This document shows positions 1-7,552 of a stretch of DNA of 15,053 bases, one piece after another (positions within the stretch are counted from its first letter, which is position 1; every line of letters starts with the position of its first letter). Below the pieces are notes generated by a model. The model did not search any database, was not told where the DNA came from, and worked only from the letters and a program-made list of their open reading frames with translations. This DNA comes from Octopus sinensis (lineage: Eukaryota): positions 1-15,053 of the forward strand of contig NW_021825625.1 of assembly GCF_006345805.1 (NCBI RefSeq). The letters run 5' to 3'. A program made the position numbers and the translations under genes.

Positions 1-74
1 TCCGAGTGCTAACCGGTGTTTTGTTTATGAAGGACGAAATGAACGCGCGTGCCCCAGTAATTATGATGATGCAC

Positions 75-235
75 TAATGATCGTTAGATTGCGGTTTCGA
101 TTCCCGGAGGAGCGGGTGCTGTGTTGTGTTCTTGAACGAAATCCTTTCCCAAAGTGCTTCGGTCCACTCATCTGTAAATAAGCAACTCTGCGACAAACTG
201 GCATTCCGTTAGAGGGAGGAATGTGGTGATGCCGT
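75..235 (+). mobile_element. Old, degraded tRNA-derived SINE fragment
   Basis: B-box-like GGTTTCGATTCCC near 91-103 resembles the head at 11441-11497. It is followed by 'gtgttcttga...ccactcatctgtaaata' and 'gcgacaaactggcattccgttagaggg', which resemble central domains of ancient metazoan SINEs (recalled, not searched). Confidence 0.45.
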
Positions 236-344
236 TTACTTATACGTCAAGAAAAACGAGGAACAGGTCCTTATGATTTCTAGGAGTCGAGAGAGTCATA
301 TCCAGAAACTGTTGACGATGATAATGGTGATAATGATCATAATC

Positions 345-447
345 ATGAAAGGGTGAAAGTCAAGAGATTTGAACGCAGAGATCCGGAACGAACAACGCAA
401 AACTAATCATTCAATCTGATTTTCTAACCCCACCAACTCGCTGCCTA
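345..447 (-). mobile_element. Highly degraded family-A SINE 5' part
   Basis: 'atgaaagggtgaaagtcaagagatttgaacgcaga...ccaactcgctgcc' loosely matches the reverse complement of the family-A head and core seen elsewhere in the window. Confidence 0.35.
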
Positions 448-731
448 ATTTATGTCTTCAGATTTTATCTGCTACTTTATGTAGACAAATGCTAACACTT
501 TTCCTTTAGCTAAAATAGCTTCGCGAACAGAGAAATGGGATTCAAGCAGACTATTTTCAATTATGGGCAGAAATTTTGTGATTTGTCCCTAAAACAGTAA
601 TACCTCACTTTTACGAGGATCCGCTTTACAAAACACTGGACTTACGATTTTTTACGAGTTTTCTATATACGAATTAACTCGTTTATCAGGCATTTCTGAG
701 TATATATCAAGGTATATCGAGGCATAACTGC

Positions 732-751
732 ATATATATATATATATATAT

Positions 752-796
<45 letters not shown>

Positions 797-840
797 CTGT
801 ATGTATATATATATTATATGTCTGTATGTATATATATATA
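732..840. repeat. (TA)n microsatellite with a duplicated TTATATGTCTGTATG unit
   Basis: Read directly from the sequence. Confidence 0.95.
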
Positions 841-1013
841 CAGTGTACATTAAACACATAAGAGATGGCCATAATCAGACATCTAAACCGCTAGAAGGAG
901 TAGTTAAAATCCAAACCACAATTAGGGGTAATTTCGAAAGGGAATGAAAAATAAAAACATTTACCATCTATTTCCTGGACCATAGTTTCGAGCTATCTTA
1001 AGCAAATAAAGTA

Positions 1014-1025
1014 ATATATATATAT

Positions 1026-1090
<65 letters not shown>
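1014..1090. repeat. Compound (TA)n/(CA)n microsatellite
   Basis: Read directly from the sequence. Confidence 0.95.
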
Positions 1091-1091
<1 letters not shown>

Positions 1092-1279
1092 TCTCTTTAC
1101 TCTTTTACTTGTTTCAGTCATTTGACTGCGGCCATGCTGGAGCACCGCCTTTAATCGAGCAACTCAACCCCGGGACTTATTCTTTGTAAGTACTTATTCT
1201 ATCGGTCTCTTTTGCCGAACCGCTAAGTAACGGGGACATAAACACACCAGCATCGGTTGAAAAACACAGACACACAAAC

Positions 1280-1316
<37 letters not shown>

Positions 1317-1480
1317 CATATATACGACAGGCTTCTTTCAGTTTCCGTCTACCAAATCCACTCACAAGGCTTTGGTCGGCCCGAGGCCATAGTAGAAGAC
1401 ATTTGCCCAAGGTGACACGCAGTGGGACTGAACCCGGAACCATGTGGTTAGTAAACAAGCTACTTACCACACAGCCACTC
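1091..1480 (-). mobile_element. Family-B SINE, near full length (tRNA-like head, internal TA/TG microsatellite, GTAAAAGA tail)
   Basis: Reverse complement is colinear with 10186-10662: B-box GGTTCAGTCCC, 'gccttgtgagtggatttggtagacggaaactgaaagaagcc', and 'ccagcatggccgcagtcaaatgactgaaacaagtaaaagagt'. Confidence 0.9.
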
Positions 1481-1709
1481 ACACATATATACACACAAAC
1501 ATACACACATACACACAACAAGGCAACCACACAGACACACACAAGTAATTTATTCATTATTAAGAAATTTAACCCGACTCAAACACAAAGCAAAATTCCA
1601 GAATTTCTTGTGTCACTTCGTGACACAATCGTGAACCTCTTTTCCATTCAAACATTCAAGAGACTAATTTTGCCTTTGTTACTGTTTTTGTTTTTGTTTG
1701 TATTTTTGC

Positions 1710-1916
1710 CCCCCACTCCCCCGCCCCTCTTTGACCCAGTAGGGAAATTTTGTCAAGTATTGTACGACAAATGGAACGTTCGTTAACAATGCAACACTTC
1801 CGCCGCTTCAGTTTTGTTTGTTATTGTTTTTGTTTAACCGGAAGCGGAAAAGGAGCGGTGTTGATGACCTTTGTTACTGCTTTTAATGTGGTGAGTTAGC
1901 TAACATGGCGGTGAGG
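1710..1916 (+). promoter_or_regulatory. Putative housekeeping-type promoter / first exon
   Basis: GC box (CTCCCCCGCCCC, 1716-1727), ETS-type ACTTCCG (1796) and CCGGAAGCGGAA (1838-1849), YY1-like AACATGGCGG (1902-1911). ATG GCG is followed by a GTGAGG donor-like site at 1911, and a GTGAGT lies at 1891. Motif-based only. Confidence 0.45.
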
Positions 1917-2030
1917 GTCGCTTTAGCATTTATGAAGACTGAGTTTTTTTCATACGATTTGATTGAGAATTAGATTACTTCTTATCAAGGAGACGACTTA
2001 GCATCAAATGTTTTAAGAACACAACACAGC

Positions 2031-2190
2031 GTATGTATGTATGTATGTATGTATGTATGTATGTATGTATGTATGTATGTATGTATGTATGTATGTATGT
2101 ATTTATTTATGTATGTATGTATGTATGTATGTATGTATGTATGTATGTATGTATGTATGTATGTATGTATGTATGTATGTATGTATGTAT
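2031..2190. repeat. (GTAT)n microsatellite
   Basis: About 40 nearly perfect units. Confidence 0.98.
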
Positions 2191-2356
2191 ATAGTCGGCT
2201 TGTCTCCCTTGTCAGCTCATTAAGATAGTGATTTTTGTGGTTATTGAGTTATTTTGGCTGTTATTTCTAGTAATACTGGTGCTCAATAGTGTTCACTTCA
2301 GTGACGTATGTATTTCTACCTTTAGGTTGCAAAATAGCGAATTAGCCACCCATATT

Positions 2357-2400
2357 GTGTGTTTGTGTGTGTGTGTGTGTAAGTGTGTGTGTGTGTGTAA

Positions 2401-2428
<28 letters not shown>
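2357..2428. repeat. (GT)n microsatellite punctuated by AA
   Basis: Read directly from the sequence. Confidence 0.95.
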
Positions 2429-2433
<5 letters not shown>

Positions 2434-2891
2434 TTATCTTAATAATTCTGATGCGCACTCCGTACGATTTTTTCACCCTTTCGTTTTACTCTCTTTTTCT
2501 CTCTCTTATTCGTTTACCTCCTCTTTTCCCACTATTCTATCCTATTACTCTGTCACTCTCTCTCCCTCACTCCTCCTCCCTTCCTCATGTGGCTCCCACC
2601 TGACCATCGGCCATCTTTCTTTCTTTCTCTACGTTGTAGCTGGAACAGGGAAGATGTGTTCTTGTTTGTCTCCTGTCCTAGCTTGATTTACGCGTTCACC
2701 ACCACAACCTCGTTTAGGCTTAGCAGCCCTTCCTGTTTGTTTTCATTGTCCTGTTTGTGTTACCTATTTTGACCCTCCGCAAAATCCCAAATTTTATTTA
2801 ATTTACTATGATGCAAATTCTGGTAAGTGGCTCTTACTGCGCCTAGGGTTAAGCCCGTCACCTCGTCAACCGTTGAAACCGTTGAGAAAGT

Positions 2892-2940
2892 GCCTTGTGA
2901 GTAGAATTGGTAAACAGAATCTGAAAGAAGCCCGACGTAG
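2892..2940 (+). mobile_element. Family-B SINE, portion 5' of its internal microsatellite (host of the nested stack)
   Basis: 'gccttgtgagtagaattggtaaacagaatctgaaagaagcccgacgtag' matches 10290-10332 up to the point where the microsatellite normally begins. Confidence 0.7.
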
Positions 2941-2948
2941 ATAGATAA

Positions 2949-3073
2949 GTTTCTTTATTGGCCACACAGGGCTGCACACAGATGGGACAAGTTACAAGGT
3001 AGAGCTTTTCTTTTGGGGGATGAAAAAAAGGGGGTGGAGTAGGTTTTCGATCAAGAGGGATCGTAAAAGGGAA
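2949..3073 (-). mobile_element. Short 3'-terminal fragment of the Tx1-like LINE in (GATA)n
   Basis: Similar but not identical to 3409-3550. Sense strand ends AATAAAGAAAC. Flanked by short GATA (2937-2948) and long GATA (3074-3153). Confidence 0.85.
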
Positions 3074-3084
3074 GATAGATAGAC

Positions 3085-3153
<69 letters not shown>
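3074..3153. repeat. (GATA)n, about 20 units with one GACA
   Basis: Read directly from the sequence. Confidence 0.98.
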
Positions 3154-3154
<1 letters not shown>

Positions 3155-3379
3155 AGCTGGCAGAAACGTTAGCACGCCGGGCGCAATGCTTAGCGGTCTT
3201 TCGTCTGCCGTTACGTTCTGAGTTCAAATTTCGCCGAGGTCGACTTTGCCTTTCATTCTTTCGGGGTCGATAAATTAAGTACCAGTTAGGCACTGGAGTC
3301 GATGTAATCGACTTAATCCCTTTGTCTGTCCTTGTTCGTCCCCTCTATGTTTAGCCCCTTGTGGGTAATAAAGAAATAA
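3154..3379 (+). mobile_element. Family-A SINE with tail type 1 (copy 1 of the identical pair)
   Basis: A-box-like TGGCAGAAACGTTAG, B-box-like GAGTTCAAATT, core 'gactttgcctttcattctttcggggtcgataaattaagtaccag', tail ending AATAAAGAAATAA. Confidence 0.92.
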
Positions 3380-3407
3380 GATAGATAGATAGATAGATAG
3401 ATAGATA
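3380..3407. repeat. (GATA)7 at the LINE 3' junction
   Basis: Read directly from the sequence. Confidence 0.95.
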
Positions 3408-5085
3408 TGTTTCTTTATTAGCCACACAGGGCTGCACACAGATAGAACAAATTACAAGGTAGAGGTTTTCTTTTGAAGGTTTAAAAAAAAATAAAAAAAA
3501 AAAAAAAAAAAAAGGAAGGGGGAGTTTCGATCAAAAGGGATCGTAAAAGGAGAGAAAGAGGACAAAAAAAAAAAAAAAAAAAAGGGGGGGTTAAAAAAAA
3601 AAAAAGGGGGGGAGAGGAAAAAAAAATTGATCAATAGGGATCGTTATCACAGAAATGTCAATATGAAGTGTAAAGGGGAGGACAGGTGAGGTTTACCCGT
3701 GGAAAGAAAAGCCTACGGAAAAGACCACGGTAACCTCGGTCAATGAAGTCACATTTTATATTTCTTTTTTTTTTTTTTTTTTTTTTTGCAAATAAGCAAC
3801 TCTCTGTTTTCGATTTCTGGGTTCATAGGACTATGCTCAAGGTGGCTTCGTCATTCATACGTGCCATTCTTGCTACATTCACCCATCTTTTTTTAAAACA
3901 TTCGCTAGACAAAACTTGCCTCTCTACTCTCACTTTCCTTTTCAAGTGGTACTTGAAGAAGTTGATGAGAGATTGACCAGAGAGGAAAGTGTTTGTCTCC
4001 AATCCTTTCAGACGCGTCCACCAGATACATTCTTTCGCCATAGCCACAAGGATGATGAAAATAGCTCTTCCTCCCGTTTGAAGGAAGGAGGCGTGACAAT
4101 ATTGACGATAGACTCAGCTGATAAACCGACTCGTCCCACACGTGACAGCAGTTGTTCGACATAAGCCCACAGGTCGGAAATTGTTGGACACTGAACGAGT
4201 GCGTGCAGAACGGTTTCGTCGCTCTGACCGCATCTCGGGCAGGTCGGCCCCGTGTTTCTCGAGCCGTGTCTGTAGAGCTTATCCCGAACGGGTAGCGCTT
4301 CTCGGTAGCACTGCCAGGCCAGGGATCTCTGAAAGTTGTCCATGGGCCCTGGCCCGAAAGTCGTCCCGAACAGGCGGGTCAGGTACTCCTCGTCGACGTC
4401 CAGGTTCGCCCCGAGCTCGTCGTCGTACCTCCCCTCCACTAAACCCCTATAGAATGCTTTGGTTGTGTTGAAGTCACTTAAGGTCGACCCAGGACGGCAG
4501 AGTTGCTTGAGAGCAACGCGACACTCGCGGTGCCATTCGCCCTTCCTCGGCCTCTTTTTGATCCACGACTGCAGTTCGGTCATGGAGACGAGCTGCGGGA
4601 AAGCGTGCCTCACAAACGGCGACCACACCTGTTCACCGTCGTCTACATAGAGCCAGAGATGTCGCAGTCTCAGCGCGTGTCTGCGCATCATCAACCACGG
4701 CATGCCCAGCCCTCCTTTTAACGGGTGTTGACAGCAAATGGATCGCCTGACCATCGGGACGCATCCTTTCCACAAGAAGCGAAAGAGGATGCGTTGTAGT
4801 TTGGTGATGGTAGGGTCGGGACAAGGTACGACGGTCAGGCGGTAGTAGATGACGGACGCGATGTACGTGTTCGCCACCTCCGCTCGACCTTTTAGGGACA
4901 GTTTCCTCTCGGCCCATTGCCGGGCGAGAGTGACCACCCTACTCGTTATCTCGTTCCAGTTCTTCTCCACTTGGAGGTCCGGACCGAACCAGACCCCGAG
5001 CAACTCAACCGGGCCGTCGGTCCAGCGTCCCACGACGGAGGCGCTGGTGGACGGCATGGGCTTGCTTCTCCAGGTGCCTAGTCGC
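3408..5085 (-). mobile_element. 5'-truncated Tx1-clade (L1-group) non-LTR retrotransposon inserted in (GATA/TATC)n
   Basis: Encodes the post-RT region (GPVELLGVWFG, W-x2-RKLSLKGRAEVAN, LFRFLWKG, GGLG) and a CCHC zinc knuckle (CPRC-x8-H-x4-C). It has a ~415-nt pyrimidine-rich 3' UTR, AATAAA, then (TATC)n. It is visibly more GC/CpG-rich than the flanks. Confidence 0.9.

Positions 5086-5087
<2 letters not shown>
3823..5087 (-). pseudogene. C-terminal part of LINE ORF2 (RT thumb to zinc knuckle), one 1-bp frameshift near 4070
   Basis: The track ORF 4008..5312 from RLGTW onward, joined to ORF 3823..4047 by restoring one G (FKREG-RAIFIILVAMAKECIWWTR), gives one continuous reading to the stop at 3823. 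Confidence 0.85.

Positions 5088-5172
<85 letters not shown>
5086..5172. repeat. (GATA)n at the LINE 5' junction
   Basis: Read directly from the sequence. Confidence 0.98.
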
Positions 5173-5173
<1 letters not shown>

Positions 5174-5396
5174 AGCTGGCAGAAACGTTAGCACGCCGGG
5201 CGCAATGCTTAGCGGTCTTTCGTCTGCCGTTACGTTCTGAGTTCAAATTTCGCCGAGGTCGACTTTGCCTTTCATTCTTTCGGGGTCGATAAATTAAGTA
5301 CCAGTTAGGCACTGGAGTCGATGTAATCGACTTAATCCCTTTGTCTGTCCTTGTTCGTCCCCTCTATGTTTAGCCCCTTGTGGGTAATAAAGAAAT

Positions 5397-5398
<2 letters not shown>
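5173..5398 (+). mobile_element. Family-A SINE with tail type 1 (copy 2, identical to 3154-3379)
   Basis: Base-by-base comparison shows no differences; offset 2019 bp. Confidence 0.92.
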
Positions 5399-5472
<74 letters not shown>

Positions 5473-5485
5473 CAGATAGATAGAT
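5399..5485. repeat. (GATA)n with one GACA
   Basis: Read directly from the sequence. Confidence 0.98.
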
Positions 5486-5693
5486 GTGTATTTATATGCA
5501 TATTTCTATGTCTTTCCGTTTACACCTGTCCCCCAACATCTCCTGCTTGACAAACAATATTAGTTTGTGCACGTCCTCTTAACTTAGCGCTTTGACAACA
5601 GCACTGGTATCGATTCGGTCGATTAAACTCCTTGAAACCGGTGCCCCAGCATGGACGCAGTCCAAAGGTTGAGAACGAGTAAAAAGTAAAAAG
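5486..5693 (+). mobile_element. Family-B SINE 3' half (partner of 2892-2940)
   Basis: 'tgtcccccaacatc..gcttgacaa..cacgtcctcttaacttagcg...ggtgccccagcatggacgcagtc...gtaaaaagtaaaaag' is colinear with 10455-10662. Confidence 0.75.
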
Positions 5694-5734
5694 CGATTCA
5701 TTGAAATATGTCTTTTAGTGGTCGTTATAAGACA

Positions 5735-5776
5735 CACATACACGCACTCACATATGCAACATCCTACACCCACACA

Positions 5777-5822
<46 letters not shown>
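5735..5822. repeat. (CA)n microsatellite
   Basis: Read directly from the sequence. Confidence 0.9.
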
Positions 5823-5824
<2 letters not shown>

Positions 5825-6213
5825 GTCACGTACACACTTGTAGATAGTAACTGTAACCTCCATTGTCTGTATTGTAGTACATATTTCCTACTTGACCTTT
5901 TCACATGGCAACTCCACTCGGCAACAATGGTCCTGCTGTTAAATTTACACACAAAACAGTCTTTGCTCCCAGAGAGAATGAAGCTGTGATCCAGTCGACC
6001 CGTGGCTAAACAACAACAACATCAACAATAACAACAATAAGCAAACAAACAATGTGAAGGATATTTCATTGAGGGATATCGCACTCACACAAACGCACGT
6101 ACGCACACGTGTGTGTGTGTGTAAATTATTAAGATGGTTATTCACAACTTAGAACCGATATTCAACAAGTACAGCCGTCATTAAAGTGACGACGAACTCG
6201 AGTCAGAAAAAAT

Positions 6214-6384
6214 TCCTATTTCTTTACTGCCCACAAAGGGCTAAACACAGAGGGGACAAACAAGGACTGACAAACGGATTAAGTCGATTATATCGACCCC
6301 AGTGCGTATCTGGTACTTAATTTATCGACCCCGAAAGGATGAAAGGCAAAGTCGAACTCAAAACGTAGCGGCAGAAGAAATACC
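6214..6384 (-). mobile_element. Family-A SINE, tail type 1, 5'-truncated with an internal deletion
   Basis: Reverse complement of the 3154-3379 body and tail; lacks the segment between 'aaagtcga' and 'aactca'. Confidence 0.88.
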
Positions 6385-6493
6385 TATTTCTTTACTACCC
6401 ACAAGGGGCTAAACACAGAGGACAAATAAGGACAGACAAAGGGATTTAGTCGATTATATCGACTCCAGTGCGTAACTGGTACTTAATTTATCG
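6382..6493 (-). mobile_element. Family-A SINE, tail type 1, 3' half only
   Basis: Tail and 'gtcgattatatcgac...ctggtacttaatttatcg' are present; it is joined head-to-tail to the previous copy at 'tacc'. Confidence 0.85.
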
Positions 6494-6507
6494 CTTTTCA
6501 GAGCCCT

Positions 6508-6688
6508 ACTAATCCTTTCTATTCTAGGCGCAAAACCTGGAATCTTGGTGGGAGGGGTTAGTCGATGACATCGACCACCCCTCAGTGTTCAACTGGTACT
6601 TAATTTATCGACCATGAAAGCTGACCTCTGCGGCATTTGAACTCAGAACTTTGAACTCGCGTGGAAACGATTCTACCCGCTTGCCACC
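6508..6688 (-). mobile_element. Family-A SINE with tail type 3 (..GCGCCTAGAATAGAAAGGATT)
   Basis: Same core and B-box ('atttgaactcagaac', 'actggtacttaatttatcgacc') but a different tail. Confidence 0.75.
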
Positions 6689-6691
6689 ATT

Positions 6692-6720
6692 CAAGGCCCT
6701 AATAATAATTAGCAATATTA
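6692..6720 (-). mobile_element. Displaced continuation of the old R4-clade RLE ORF (IIIRAL, similar to 'IVIGALG')
   Basis: Minus strand att att att agg gcc ttg lies just beyond the 17-bp duplicated site, where this motif is expected after K..Y..L. Confidence 0.5.
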
Positions 6721-6730
6721 TGATCTTGCT

Positions 6731-6902
6731 TGGCACACCGGACAAAATGCTAACCGGAATTTCGTCCATCTTTACGTTCTGAGTTCAAATTCTAATAAGG
6801 TCGATTTTGCCTTTCATCTTTCAGTATCGATAAGTACCAGCTGAGCAATGCGATCGATGTAATCGACTTACCACTTCTCTAAAACTGCTGGTGTTTTACC
6901 AA
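6731..6902 (+). mobile_element. Family-A SINE, tail type 2, degraded (array unit 1)
   Basis: 'tacgttctgagttcaaatt...ggtcgattttgcctttcatc...gatcgatgtaatcgactta...ctgctggtgttttaccaaaatt'. Confidence 0.8.
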
Positions 6903-6919
6903 AATTTTAGGATCTTGCT

Positions 6920-7133
6920 AAAGCGTGCGCTGGCAGAATCATTAGCACGCCGGACAAAATGCTTCAAGGCTTTTAATCCGTCTTAATCCATCTTTACGCT
7001 CTGTGTCCACATTCCACTGAGGTTGACTTTGTCTTTCATCCCTTTCGGTGTCGATGAAATAAGTAACAGTTGAACAAGGGGGTCAACATGCCCCTCACCC
7101 GAACTTGTTGGCCTCGTGCCAAAATTTGAAATC
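6920..7133 (+). mobile_element. Family-A SINE, tail type 2 (array unit 2)
   Basis: 'ctggcagaatcattagcacgccgg...ttggcctcgtgccaaaatttgaaatc'. Confidence 0.8.
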
Positions 7134-7150
7134 AATATAAGGACCTTGCT

Positions 7151-7545
7151 AAGGCAGCGATCTACAGAATCGTTTGCACGCCAGGCATAACACTGAGCGG
7201 CATTTCGTCAACCGCTACGTTCTGAGTTCAAATTCTGCCGAGGTCGACTTTGCCTTTCATCCTTTCTGGGTCGATTAAATAAGTACCAGTTACGCACTGT
7301 GGTCGATATAATCGACTTAATTCGTCTGTCTGTCCTTGTTTGTCCCCTCTGTGTTTAGCCCCTTGTGGGCAATAAAGAAATAAGAATCGTTTGCACGCCA
7401 GACAAAACGCTGAGCGGCATTTCCTCCATCTTTAAGCTCTGATTTCAAATTCCGCCGAGGTTGACTTTACTTTTCATCCTTTTGGGGTCGATAAATTAAG
7501 CACTCTTCCTCTAAAATTAATGCCCTTGATTAAAAATTTGAAATT
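7151..7545 (+). mobile_element. Family-A SINE unit 3 (tail type 2) containing a nested tail-type-1 copy at 7185-7382
   Basis: The 19-bp direct repeat AGAATCGTTTGCACGCCAG at 7166-7184 and 7383-7401 flanks the inner copy. Confidence 0.8.
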
Positions 7546-7552
7546 AATATTA

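Noticed and set aside
476-588. Minus-strand exon GQITKFLPIIENSLLESHFSVREAILAKGKVLAFVYIK
   Set aside because: The acceptor is plausible but there is no convincing donor, no recognisable family, and no frame-compatible link to other candidate exons.
3480-3625. Poly-A runs as retroposon tails or processed pseudogene ends
   Set aside because: They lie inside the LINE 3' UTR (poly-U/C on the sense strand). The homologous short copy has shorter runs at the equivalent position, and run lengths may be sequencing error.
4008-5312. 434-aa ORF as a novel fusion protein
   Set aside because: It is antisense SINE sequence plus (TATC)n (IYLS repeats, stop-free in all frames) read into a truncated LINE ORF2. 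It lacks the RT catalytic core and endonuclease, and the same N-terminus appears in ORF 3051..3293 only because of the duplication.
3154-5398. LTR retrotransposon or composite transposon with 226-bp LTRs
   Set aside because: The direct repeats are recognisable SINEs without TG...CA ends, PBS or PPT, and the interior is a non-LTR ORF2 in the opposite orientation.
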